A DNA stretch of 52,636 nt from Dehalococcoidia bacterium (GCA_030740155.1 JASLXV010000037.1:1-52636); one strand, 5' to 3'; positions 22,227 through 31,318 are shown, numbered from the stretch's first letter. The notes: a model not told the origin generated them from the letters alone. Made by a program: numbers and translations.

Positions 22227-24758
22227 TTATTCCCCCACCACCTGCACCATCACCTCCCTGGGTCGCGCACGGTCAAGCTCGATGAAAAAGATGCTCTGGT
22301 AGGGGCCAAATTGCATCAGCCCGTCGATTACGGGCACGGTCTCGCTGGTACCCAGCAGCAGGTGTTGCACGTGGGCATGGCCGTTGGGTGACTCATCTGA
22401 ACTCATATTGACGGTCCGGATACTGAAGTCGTTGTGGTCGTACCCGCCGTTGCGGGGCGACATCTGCTCCAGGAATTTGGCCATATCCTGGAGCAGCAGT
22501 GGCTCGTTCTCATTGATTTTCACCGCGGCGGTAGTGTGTTTGGAGTAGACCACCGCGAAGCCGTTGCTGACGGTGGATTTGGCCACACATTTGCAGACCC
22601 AGTCGGTGATATCAATGAACTCCGGCGCCCTTTGAGTGCTTAACTGGAGGCAAAAAGATTTGCTTTTCATTATGTTTTCCGATCCTTCCTGTCTCCCTGC
22701 GATTGGAAATGCACCGTCGGTCACAACGGTCTCGGTTTTTCTCTGGGCATCGCCCTTTGCGTTGAGAAGCCTAGCATACCGGCCCAAGGCCATCAACGGC
22801 CAGGTGTTCCGGTACAGGTGGTAGTTGATCATGAATCCGGCCGGCATATCCAGCCCCTGGTGGCCTCGTTCTCCGGGTCTTGGAAGGGTATCCACCCGCT
22901 CTCCCACGCCATAGCCGGGGAAACCGGTGCCGGTGAAATACGGCTCGTCCCAGCAACCATCCCGGTTCTGGGTAGTCAGCAAGTAGCGGATTCCCCGTTG
23001 GGTTGCCGGGTGGGCATCTTCCCCCGCGGCCAGCAACGCCATCAAGGCCCAGGCGGTCTGCGAGGCCGTGCTGGCCCCTACCCCACGGAGCGCCGGGTCA
23101 ACGTAGGAACCGCAGCTTTCCCCCCAACCGCCATCACCATTCTGGTGGGCCAGAATCCAGTCCACGGCCCGGCGGATGTAGGGTTGGTCCCTGTCTTCGC
23201 CCATGGCGGCCAGCGCCGGCAACACGGCCCCGGTCCCGTAGACGTGGTTGACGCCCCAGCGCCCGAACCAGGACCCGTCTTCTTCCTGCTCTTGACGTAG
23301 ATAGGCGTAAGCCCGGCGCAGGGCCGGGAAGTGGCGGTCGTAACCCAGCCGGCCAAACATCTCCACCAAGTGAGCGGTGACATCCGCGCTGGGTGGGTCC
23401 AAAGTCTCTCCAAAGTCGGAGAAGGGAAGCATGGTAAGGTGCTTGCGGCCATTGTCCTTGTCGAAGGCGGCCCAACCGCCGTTCTTGGATTGCAGGGCCA
23501 GCAGCCACTCAACACCGCGGCCGATGGCCTGCTCGCGGAGATGGTCAATCGCAGGGTCGAGGCGGGCCGAAGTGAGAGCCACTACCACTTCCGACGCGTC
23601 GTCGATATCCGGATACCGGTCATTATGGAACTCGAAGGACCAGCCGCCGGGTTGGGTGTTCTTGGCCCGGACCTGCCAATCGCCGGCGGTCAAGATCTGC
23701 TGGTCCAGCAGCCAGCGGGTGGACCGGCGCACCATGGGATCGTCCTCCGCCACCCCGGATTCCAGCAGGGCCTGCTGCGCCAGACAGGTATCCCAAACCG
23801 GGGACATGCAGGCCTGGACCATGCAGGTATCTTCGTCCTCGATGGCATATCCCTCGAATCCCGCATACCCTTTTTCCATCACCGGGTGGCCGGGTGGAAA
23901 CCCCAGGTGATGCAATGCGATGAGGGAGTAGACCCAGGGCGGCTGGATCCCGGCCCAGCAACCGTCCGCTTCTTGATGATCCAGGATCCAGTCGACGAGT
24001 CTCTTCTCCGCCCTCGCCCGTAAGGGGTGAACCGGAAACTTCCGGTACAATCCGGCAATCCGGTCCAGGCGGTGCAGCACCCCGGCCCAGCCCCACCCGG
24101 TCTTGGGCTTGGGAAGCGAGTAATCGGTCTCGTTCCGGGGCAGGGGGTAAATCTCGTCGATGCAAGCCGACTCGGGCACGGGGCAACTGGGCCGGTGAGT
24201 CAGAATGAGAAGCATGGGCACCATGGTGGCCCGGGCCCAACTGGCGAACTCGTATAAGTTGAAAGGGACCCAGGAGGGCAGAAAGATCATTTCGGGGGGC
24301 ATGTTGGGCGTGCCCCGCCAGTCCCACTGCCCAAACAGGGCCAGCCAAACCTTGGTGAAGACGCGGACTTTGGGCACGCCCCCCCGAGACATGATAAAAC
24401 GCCGAGCCCGGCGCAGAGGTCCTGAATCCGCGGAGTAGCCGGCCAGTTTCAAGGCAAAGTAACACTCCACGGAGGTGCTCAAATCTCCGGGGGCCTGGTA
24501 GTACTGCCCCCAGGAGCCGTCCTCCCGCTGTTTGCTCAGGATGTAGTTGGTGACCTTACGCCAGCGCTCCCGGTCCTTCCGGCCCAGGAAGTAGCACAGC
24601 ATCAGGTACTCGGCCTCCATGGTGGCGTTCGTCTCCAGTTCGCCACACCAGTAGCCGTCCGAGTGCTGGCTTCGGCGAAAGTAGCCCTGGATGCGCCGGA
24701 TGGCCTCGTCCACAGCTTCTCTGACTGGTCTCTCCGTTGTGCTCGTCTGACTTCCCAT
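22227..24758 (-). CDS. shc: Squalene-hopene cyclase fused to a C-terminal YjbQ (UPF0047) domain
   Basis: YPDIDD (DxDD), repeated QxxDGxW motifs, GRWGVNHVYGT, TGTGFP. The last 147 aa carry YjbQ motifs IDIT, HTTA..INE, YDHND, NGHAH, GPYQSIFFIELD. Confidence 0.93.
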   Translation of the reverse strand: MGSQTSTTERPVREAVDEAIRRIQGYFRRSQHSDGYWCGELETNATMEAEYLMLCYFLGRKDRERWRKVTNYILSKQREDGSWGQYYQAPGDLSTSVECYFALKLAGYSADSGPLRRARRFIMSRGGVPKVRVFTKVWLALFGQWDWRGTPNMPPEMIFLPSWVPFNLYEFASWARATMVPMLLILTHRPSCPVPESACIDEIYPLPRNETDYSLPKPKTGWGWAGVLHRLDRIAGLYRKFPVHPLRARAEKRLVDWILDHQEADGCWAGIQPPWVYSLIALHHLGFPPGHPVMEKGYAGFEGYAIEDEDTCMVQACMSPVWDTCLAQQALLESGVAEDDPMVRRSTRWLLDQQILTAGDWQVRAKNTQPGGWSFEFHNDRYPDIDDASEVVVALTSARLDPAIDHLREQAIGRGVEWLLALQSKNGGWAAFDKDNGRKHLTMLPFSDFGETLDPPSADVTAHLVEMFGRLGYDRHFPALRRAYAYLRQEQEEDGSWFGRWGVNHVYGTGAVLPALAAMGEDRDQPYIRRAVDWILAHQNGDGGWGESCGSYVDPALRGVGASTASQTAWALMALLAAGEDAHPATQRGIRYLLTTQNRDGCWDEPYFTGTGFPGYGVGERVDTLPRPGERGHQGLDMPAGFMINYHLYRNTWPLMALGRYARLLNAKGDAQRKTETVVTDGAFPIAGRQEGSENIMKSKSFCLQLSTQRAPEFIDITDWVCKCVAKSTVSNGFAVVYSKHTTAAVKINENEPLLLQDMAKFLEQMSPRNGGYDHNDFSIRTVNMSSDESPNGHAHVQHLLLGTSETVPVIDGLMQFGPYQSIFFIELDRARPREVMVQVVGE

Positions 24759-24803
24759 TACCAGTTTCCAATTACGGCAGGACCCAATTACATGGGTCTG
24801 GCC

Positions 24804-25829
24804 CTACCTCCGGTTTCTCCCTCCCGTTCCGATTGTTTCTTTCGTCCGAGTATACCCGTGGTCAACGAACCACCTGACCGACCTCTCAAGGGCCGCCTCC
24901 ACCGGGCTCTGGGGCTGGCCCAACTCGCTGACCGCCTTCTGACAGCTAACGTACATTGGAGTTCTCGCCACCTTCAGCCCTTCCAAGGGTATCCGCGGCT
25001 CCCGGCCCAGGACTCTCCCCTCCACCAATTGGTCCAGGTACCCGGCTCCCAGGGCCAGCCAGTAGGGAGCACGCCACCGGGGCGCCCGCCGCCCGGTGGC
25101 TTCCTGGAGCATGGCGAATACCTCCCGCAGCGTCACGTTCCGGTTGCCCAGAAGATAACGCTGGCCCGGCTCTCCTCGTTCCATGGCCAGGATGTGCCCG
25201 GCCGCCACGTCCGCCACGTCGACCAGGTTCATGCCCGTCTCCAAGTATACCGGGATGCGTCCCCTCAAGAAGTCCAGCACCATCCTTCCGGTGGGTGTGG
25301 GCTTGACGTCCCAGGGACCGACCGGAGTGGTGGGATTGACCACCACCACGGGCAAACCTTCCGAAGCCATGGTCAGCGCCAGGCACTCCGCCCGGTACTT
25401 GGACTTCTTGTAGTGCCCCACCAGATGGCTGGGGTCCAGGGGGGTGTTCTCGGTCCCCAGCTCCCCGGCGGCCAGACCGACGGTGGACACGGTGCTGGTG
25501 TAAATCACCCTCGAAACCCCGGCTTGCCGGGCCGCCTCCAAGACGTTGGCCGTGCCACCAACGTTGGTCTGGTACACCAGGTCCGGGTCCGGCGCCCAAA
25601 AAGTGTACGCCGCCGCACAGTGAAATACCACCTCGCACCCTTGGAGGGCCCGGTCCACCGAATCCCGGTCAAGGATGTCCCCGGGTACTTGCTCCACCCC
25701 GGTGCCGTCGATTGTTAAGGTGTTGCTTCCCGGCCGGACCAGCGCGCTGACATCATAGCCACGCCGCCGGAGTTCTCTCGCCAGGTTGCCACCAACGAAC
25801 CCAGTAGCTCCTGTAACCAGGACTCTCAT
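24804..25829 (-). CDS. hpnA: Hopanoid-associated sugar epimerase/SDR HpnA
   Basis: Start MRVLVTGATGFVG at ATG25829 (ATGA overlap with hpnG stop); HCAAAY, YKKSK, VNPTTPVGPWDVKPTPTG motifs. Confidence 0.88.
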   Translation of the reverse strand: MRVLVTGATGFVGGNLARELRRRGYDVSALVRPGSNTLTIDGTGVEQVPGDILDRDSVDRALQGCEVVFHCAAAYTFWAPDPDLVYQTNVGGTANVLEAARQAGVSRVIYTSTVSTVGLAAGELGTENTPLDPSHLVGHYKKSKYRAECLALTMASEGLPVVVVNPTTPVGPWDVKPTPTGRMVLDFLRGRIPVYLETGMNLVDVADVAAGHILAMERGEPGQRYLLGNRNVTLREVFAMLQEATGRRAPRWRAPYWLALGAGYLDQLVEGRVLGREPRIPLEGLKVARTPMYVSCQKAVSELGQPQSPVEAALERSVRWFVDHGYTRTKETIGTGGRNRR

Positions 25830-26629
25830 CCAGGCCTGCTCCCGCCGGACCCGGCGGGCTTGGCGGGGGAAGGCGGATTCGCCCGCGGCTGGACGCCCCG
25901 CGCCTCGCTCGATTGCCCCAGGAAGGCGGTGGCGAAACGGGTCAGGGCCCTTTGGGCCCGAGGGAGCCGGCGGGCTAGCCCCAGCAAGGCGGGTATCCGC
26001 CACGGCATCACCGCAACGGTGACGGCGGCCCTGGTTCGGGAGCGGCTCAGGCCCAGCAGGTAGCCGGGCAGGGCCTGGTCTGCCGCATCCAGGACCACCC
26101 GGGCCGAAAGGAAGGGCACCCCCGCTTCCCGCGCCGCCGCCGCGACCCAGTAGTCTTCCATCTCCACGATGCCGACGGGGTACCGGAAGCGGATGGCCCG
26201 CTTGGCTTCGGGAGTCGCCACCAGGTGGTCGACCGTCAGGGAATCGCTGTTGACCCACGTCTCGCCGGCGGCAGTGGCGGCCCGGACCCCCTGCCGAAAC
26301 ATCTCCGGGCCCGGAGCCAGGTATTCCCCGGCCGGCTCCTGCCGGTAGTAGCGGGAAGACAGGACCAGGGTCCCGGCCCCGATAGCCGGGTCAACCCCGC
26401 CGGCAAACCCCAAAAGCAACAACCTTTCCATGGAGGGCGAACGATCGCCGTTCATCCCCTGGCGTTGCAACAGCGCATTCACAGCCGTCTGAGCCGCGGA
26501 CCTTCCCACGCCGATGACGCGGAGATCTGCCGCTACGGACGCCTCAGGCTCCGAAGCGTCGGCTCGTCCCTCCAACTGCTTCCGGAGGAGAACCAACTCC
26601 TGTTCCATGCTGGCGACGATGGTTAACAC
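25826..26629 (-). CDS. hpnG: Nucleoside phosphorylase-fold protein, HpnG-like (adenosylhopane nucleosidase)
   Basis: IVASMEQE, LLGFAGGVDP, VEMED, VPFLSARVVLD motifs; located between hpnH and hpnA; AGGAGG SD. Confidence 0.72.
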   Translation of the reverse strand: MLTIVASMEQELVLLRKQLEGRADASEPEASVAADLRVIGVGRSAAQTAVNALLQRQGMNGDRSPSMERLLLLGFAGGVDPAIGAGTLVLSSRYYRQEPAGEYLAPGPEMFRQGVRAATAAGETWVNSDSLTVDHLVATPEAKRAIRFRYPVGIVEMEDYWVAAAAREAGVPFLSARVVLDAADQALPGYLLGLSRSRTRAAVTVAVMPWRIPALLGLARRLPRAQRALTRFATAFLGQSSEARGVQPRANPPSPAKPAGSGGSRPG

Positions 26630-26644
26630 CGGGCCTCCTGGCCG

Positions 26645-27685
26645 TCACGCCGCGGTGATGCCGGCCTTGCCGGCGGCACCGGACGTGATCAGCGTCGCCC
26701 AATCCCTGGGAGTGGTGACGGCCTGGAAGATGGTTGCCGATTCGAACCCGCAATGCATCATGCAGTTAGCGCAACGAGGGTCCTTGCCCACCCCGTAGCG
26801 GTCCCACAGCGGGCCTTCGTACAGATCGTTGACGTTTTGAGTGTGCTCGTCGGCCAGGGGATAGCAGGGCTTGCGCCACCCCATTATGGTGTAGGTTGGA
26901 CTGGACCAAGCGGCGCACTGGTAATCCCTGGCCCCGCGCAGAAAATTCAGGTACAAAGGGTTGTTGTAGAACCGCATGCCCGCGGTACTGGCGGGGTGCA
27001 GCAGCTTCCGGAACATGGTTTGAGACTCCCTCCGGGTCAGGAACAGGTCCTGGTTGGACGCATCCGGGAACTCGTACCCCGGTGAAATCATGGAGCCTTC
27101 GACGCCCATGCCGCCCACCAGCCGGAACATCTCCCACAAATCTTCTAAGTCGCTGTTGCGGAACACGGTGGTGTTGGTGCAGACCCGGTATCCCCGGTCC
27201 AGCGCCGCCTCCATGCCTTGAACGGCCTTCCGGAAAACCCCGGCTCGGGCCACCGACTCCTCGTGTTTCCGCTCCATTCCATCCAGGTGGACTACCCAGC
27301 AGAGGTGCTTGGAAGCGGGCACCTGGTCGAGCATCCGCTCCAGCAACAGCCCGTTGGTGCAGCAGTAGACGAAGTGCTTTCGCGCCACCAACCGGTTGAT
27401 AATCTCATCGATTTTGGGATGAATGGTGGGCTCTCCGCCGGCGATGGAAACGATGGGCGCCCCCGATTCCTTTACCGCGTCCAGGGCCACGTCCACCGGC
27501 ATCATTTTTTCGATAACCGGCCGGTACTCCCGGATGCGCCCGCACCCGCCGCAAGCCAGGTTGCACATCTCCAGGGGCTCCAGCATGGTCACCAGCGGGA
27601 ACCGTTTCCGGCCCCGCAGCCGGTTCTTCAATATGTAGAAACCCAAGCGTACAGCGAGTTCAGCGGGTCGTTTGGCGCGTTTCAT
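26645..27685 (-). CDS. hpnH: Adenosyl-hopene transferase HpnH (radical SAM)
   Basis: RFPLVTMLEPL..CNLACGGCGRI, SIAGGEP, WRKPCY, YGVGKDPRCANCMMHCGFE. Confidence 0.92.
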   Translation of the reverse strand: MKRAKRPAELAVRLGFYILKNRLRGRKRFPLVTMLEPLEMCNLACGGCGRIREYRPVIEKMMPVDVALDAVKESGAPIVSIAGGEPTIHPKIDEIINRLVARKHFVYCCTNGLLLERMLDQVPASKHLCWVVHLDGMERKHEESVARAGVFRKAVQGMEAALDRGYRVCTNTTVFRNSDLEDLWEMFRLVGGMGVEGSMISPGYEFPDASNQDLFLTRRESQTMFRKLLHPASTAGMRFYNNPLYLNFLRGARDYQCAAWSSPTYTIMGWRKPCYPLADEHTQNVNDLYEGPLWDRYGVGKDPRCANCMMHCGFESATIFQAVTTPRDWATLITSGAAGKAGITAA

Positions 27686-27720
27686 CTGGCCTCAGCATCA
27701 AAGGGTCAAAGCCCTCGGGG

Positions 27721-28821
27721 TCAATACTCTCGCCATGCCAGGTAGTCCACCAACTCCTCCGCCTCGGTCCTAGCCCAAGGCGGCAGCGGGATCGAGTCCA
27801 AAGCCTTCAGGGCCGCGGCGGCGCTAGCCTCTGTGACTCGCTGGGACTGCTCGCGGGCGCCCACCTCCTCCAGCACGGCCAGCACCCGGATAACGTCCTC
27901 TTCGTCCAGCTCCTCTTTCCGGTAGATCCGCATGAGGTCATCGCGCGCCGGGCCGCCGGCCTGGCTGAAGGCGACCACTACTGGGAAAGACTTTTTCCGG
28001 CGCCGGATGTCGTTGCCCGAGGCCTTCCCGATGGTGGTCTCATCCCCCCAAATGCCCAGGTAGTCGTCCCGGACTTGAAAGGCCCGGCCCAGGTAGCTCC
28101 CAACCTGCCGGAAAGCCTCGACCGCCGCTACGTCGCCACCAGCCAGCAGGGCCCCAATCTCGAGGCCGCTGCGAATCAAGGCCCCGGTCTTGAGCGCGAT
28201 CATCGTGAGGTATTCTTCGGTGGTAATGTCCGATCTGGACTCGAAGGCCATGTCCTGGCACTGGCCCTCGATCATCTCCAGGTAGGCGGAGGTCAATATC
28301 TCCGAGACCTTCAGGACCGTCTCCGGCGGCGAGTTCCGGCGGGCGGCCCCAAGCAGGGCCAGGTCCCCAACGGACTGCATGGCGTTGCCGGCCACCAGCG
28401 CTTTGGGTATTCCCCACAAGCTCCAGACGGTCGGCTGATGGCGCCGCTCCAGGTCCTGGTCCTGGATGTCGTCGTGGACCAGGGAGAAATTGTGGATGAG
28501 TTCCAAAGCGGCGGCGCCCGGCAGGGCCCTATCGGTTTCCCCAGAGAGGGCTTCACAGGCGAAGAGGCAGAGGGTGGGGCGCAGTGCCTTGCCCTGGGAG
28601 ACGGGCGACTGGGCCGGGTTGCCGTGCCGGTCTACCCACCCCAGGTGATACCGGAGCAACACGTGGAGATCGGCATCGTCGGAACCCGGCACCGACCTGG
28701 AAAGCTCCTGCTCCACCAGGTCCTTATACCGGGCGAACATCGCCGGAAGTTCCGGCCCGGTTCTCGCTTTAGCCATCGAGTTTCGGGTCATGCCACGACC
28801 AATCGCTTCCAAGTTGGACAA
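27721..28821 (-). CDS. Polyprenyl diphosphate synthase (FPP/GGPP synthase family)
   Basis: GKALRP, LVHDDIQD..RR (first Asp-rich motif), EGQ, KTG, FQVRDDYLG. Start may be ATG28791 or ATG28776. Confidence 0.9.
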   Translation of the reverse strand: MSNLEAIGRGMTRNSMAKARTGPELPAMFARYKDLVEQELSRSVPGSDDADLHVLLRYHLGWVDRHGNPAQSPVSQGKALRPTLCLFACEALSGETDRALPGAAALELIHNFSLVHDDIQDQDLERRHQPTVWSLWGIPKALVAGNAMQSVGDLALLGAARRNSPPETVLKVSEILTSAYLEMIEGQCQDMAFESRSDITTEEYLTMIALKTGALIRSGLEIGALLAGGDVAAVEAFRQVGSYLGRAFQVRDDYLGIWGDETTIGKASGNDIRRRKKSFPVVVAFSQAGGPARDDLMRIYRKEELDEEDVIRVLAVLEEVGAREQSQRVTEASAAAALKALDSIPLPPWARTEAEELVDYLAWREY

Positions 28822-28864
28822 CGAATTCCGTCGGGGCGACGCCGGGCGCCCTAGCTAGCGGGAT

Positions 28865-28916
28865 ACATCGAGTAACGATGTTTGGAATCCTAGCAAAGCA
28901 TAAACGACAGTGTCAA
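28865..28916 (-). promoter_or_regulatory. Sigma70-type promoter of the hopanoid operon with a downstream palindrome
   Basis: Minus strand TTGACA(28916-28911)-18 nt-TAGGAT(28892-28887) with TGn extension; ACATCG-N5-CGATGT at 28865-28881. Confidence 0.6.
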
Positions 28917-28935
28917 GTGTATCTGAACGATCGAT

Positions 28936-28961
28936 AAAAAACCCCGGATTTCCATCCGGGG
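28936..28961 (-). terminator. Intrinsic terminator downstream of mog
   Basis: Minus strand CCCCGGAT-GGAA-ATCCGGGG followed by TTTTTT. Confidence 0.7.
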
Positions 28962-29080
28962 AAAAGCCGGTTTGGGTCTTTGACCGGCGCCATCGAGGCC
29001 CAATCCCGGCAGGCGGCGGTTGGCCGGCGGGAGCAGCTCTCCCGCGGCGGGCCAAACCGGCCTACTGTTACACCGGATGC

Positions 29081-29572
29081 TTACACCGGGTGCTCGCTGA
29101 CGTTCTCTTTCCTGAGCAACTCCAGGGCGTGGGCGAGGACCGGGTTGACCACCTCCAGGCACTCGCGGACGGCTTTGAGGCTGCCCGGCAAGGTGATGAT
29201 CAGCGTGTTTCCTCGAATTCCAGCCACGGAGCGGCTGAGCATGGCCATGGGGGTGAACTGGAGGGTTTTAGCCCGCATCGCCTCGGCCAGGCCGGGGACT
29301 TCCTTATCGAAGATCGAGAGGCAAGCCTCGGGGGTGACGTCCCGGAGGCCCATGCCGGTCCCACCGGTGGTGATGATCAGGTTCACGTCGGGGGCGCCCG
29401 CCCACTTGGCGAGCTTGCCGGCGATCAAGTCCACATCGTCGGGTACTACCTCATAGCGGACCACCCGGAAGTTCTGGGGTTCCAGCGTTTCCCTGATGGC
29501 CTGCCCGCTGGTGTCCTCGCGCAGTCCCATGTGGCCGGACGTACTTACGGTCAAGATGGCTAACCCGAACAT
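29081..29572 (-). CDS. mog: Molybdopterin adenylyltransferase, MogA/MoaB family
   Basis: DTSG, VPDD, ITTGGTGMGLRDVTPEA, AMLSRSVAGIR, LPGS motifs; GGAGG SD before ATG29572. Confidence 0.85.
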   Translation of the reverse strand: MFGLAILTVSTSGHMGLREDTSGQAIRETLEPQNFRVVRYEVVPDDVDLIAGKLAKWAGAPDVNLIITTGGTGMGLRDVTPEACLSIFDKEVPGLAEAMRAKTLQFTPMAMLSRSVAGIRGNTLIITLPGSLKAVRECLEVVNPVLAHALELLRKENVSEHPV

Positions 29573-29721
29573 GGCTACCTCCGAAACCCATGATACCATG
29601 CGGCCCATCCAACGGTAACTCAGTCGAACAGCCACCTACCCATTTGCCCGTTCCGTTGGCCTACAACACAATACCTGAACGGAGAGGCCACTCCCTCTAG
29701 TGACGTGCCCCCGTAGGTTTT

Positions 29722-29782
29722 GCCACAGAGACACAGAGAGCACAGAGCGAATAAAACTCTGTGTCCTCTGTGGCTCTGTGGC
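29722..29782. repeat. CACAGAG-iterated palindromic repeat
   Basis: GCCACAGAGACACAGAGAGCACAGAG...CTCTGTGTCCTCTGTGGCTCTGTGGC: three CACAGAG units inverted against three CTCTGTG units. Confidence 0.8.
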
Positions 29783-29857
29783 TATTCAAAACTTGGCAGA
29801 GCGGACTTGCTTCCTTGCCGGCGGCTCCACTGGCCGCCAGACGAGGCGGGACCGGCA

Positions 29858-29886
29858 TTGACAAGGGGTATACCGGCCTTTATATT
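29858..29886 (+). promoter_or_regulatory. Near-consensus sigma70 promoter upstream of the HIT gene
   Basis: TTGACA(29858-29863)-17 nt-TATATT(29881-29886). Confidence 0.65.
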
Positions 29887-30014
29887 CACAAGGCGGTGAG
29901 GGTAGCCGTGCCGGAATGGGCCCGCCGGCGCGTTGGGCCGGCGAAGGCGATCCTCCGATCTTCGGACCCTCGAAGCACGTGGAGGTCAAGCTAGCCGATG
30001 CGGAGCGGTGACCG

Positions 30015-30350
30015 TTGAGCGAGCCTGCCTACTGCGTGTTCTGTGAAATCGTCGCGGACCGCGAACCCGCCAAGGTACGGTACCTGGACGAGGACATCAT
30101 CGTCATCGTCAACAAGCTGACCTGGGTGCCCCTGATGCTGCTGGTGATGCCAAAGAAGCACATGGGCCAGATGGAAATGTGGTGCAGCGACCTGATGCCG
30201 AGGCTGGGTGACGTGGCGGTGGAGATGGGTGTCACCTACGCTCCCAACGGGTTTCGGATCCTTTCCAACTTCGGCCGCGACGGAATGCAAAGCCAGAGCC
30301 ACAGCCACCTTCACGTCATCGGCGGGGCCCACCTTGGGCCCTACGCGTAG
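30015..30350 (+). CDS. HIT (histidine triad) family protein
   Basis: CVFCEI zinc motif, PKKH, SNFGRDGMQSQSHSHLHVIGG. Confidence 0.85.
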   Translation: MSEPAYCVFCEIVADREPAKVRYLDEDIIVIVNKLTWVPLMLLVMPKKHMGQMEMWCSDLMPRLGDVAVEMGVTYAPNGFRILSNFGRDGMQSQSHSHLHVIGGAHLGPYA

Positions 30351-30451
30351 GGAAGCTATCAGCGTTGGGGCTGAAGCTTCGAGAGACCGGCCAGAACAAT
30401 ACAAGCCAGGCATGGATTGCGTCTGAATCCATGATCCATGAGGAGGTCCAC

Positions 30452-31228
30452 ATGGGCGACACAGTCCTTTACGAGAAGCGGGACCACACAGTCATCATCA
30501 CCATGAACCGGCCCGCGGCACTCAACTCCATCAACCGGCAGTTCCGGGAGGACCTGTGCAACGCGATCATCCGGTTCGACGGAGACCCTGATGCCTTCGT
30601 AGCCGTGATTACCGGCGCGGGGCGGGCCTTCTGCGCGGGCCGGGACCTTAAAGAGCGGGCGGCGGACAACGCCGAGGGGGTCCAGGCGCGGGCCTCGGAC
30701 AGCATGTCTCCGGACGGTGGCTCCATGTGGCCCCAGACGTGGAAACCCCTCATCGCCGCCATCAACGGCTACGCCCTGGCCGGCGGCTGGTCCATCGCCC
30801 AGATGTGCGACCTTCGCGTCGCATCGGAGGACGCCCAGATGGGCATCAGTGAGGCCAAGTGGAGCCTGTTGGCCCCCTTTGGCACCTATCTGTCCAAGAT
30901 GATGCCCCTGTCGGCGGTGATGGAGTTGGTGCTGACCGCCCAGCCGGTCACGGCCCAGCGAGCCTATGACATGGGATTCCTCAACAGGGTGGTGCCCGCG
31001 GACCAGCTCATGCCGGAGGCCCTGGCCCTGGCCGGGCAGATCGCCGAAAACGCCCCTCTAGCCGTGCAGTACTTCAAGGAGCTGGCCTACCGGGGCCTCA
31101 ACATGTCCACCCATGACATCGCGGCCCTGACTTATCACATGTACGACGACCTGCTGAAGACGGAGGACTCCAAGGAAGGGCCCAAGGCTTTCGCCGAGAA
31201 GCGCAAGCCCCAATGGAAGGGGCGATAG
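30452..31228 (+). CDS. Enoyl-CoA hydratase/isomerase (crotonase) family protein
   Basis: TMNRPAALNS, TGAGRAFCAGRDL, KPLIAAINGYALAGG, AFAEKRKPQW; AGGAGG SD before ATG30452. Confidence 0.92.
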   Translation: MGDTVLYEKRDHTVIITMNRPAALNSINRQFREDLCNAIIRFDGDPDAFVAVITGAGRAFCAGRDLKERAADNAEGVQARASDSMSPDGGSMWPQTWKPLIAAINGYALAGGWSIAQMCDLRVASEDAQMGISEAKWSLLAPFGTYLSKMMPLSAVMELVLTAQPVTAQRAYDMGFLNRVVPADQLMPEALALAGQIAENAPLAVQYFKELAYRGLNMSTHDIAALTYHMYDDLLKTEDSKEGPKAFAEKRKPQWKGR

Positions 31229-31252
31229 ATATCAGTGAATTCATAGGATATT

Positions 31253-31318
31253 TGTCATTCTGAGCGAAGCGAAGAATCTCGTTGTTACGCAGAGATTCCT
31301 CACTTCGTTCGGAATGAC
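31253..31318. repeat. TGTCATTCTGAGCGAAGCGAAGAATCT-type palindromic repeat between convergent genes
   Basis: TGTCATTCTGAGCGAAGCGAAGAATCTC...GAGATTCCTCACTTCGTTCGGAATGAC; same family as 4631-4745. Confidence 0.8.

Noticed and set aside
29722..29782. CRISPR-like appearance of the iterated CACAGAG units
   Set aside because: Units are 7 bp, inverted rather than direct, with no unique spacers and no cas genes. No CRISPR array, tRNA or rRNA was recognised anywhere in the window.
29890..30011. Leader after the strong promoter, loosely like an SRP Alu domain; also a 31-codon uORF (29916-30011)
   Set aside because: No SRP helix-8 core is visible, and the uORF has no good SD or recognisable sequence.
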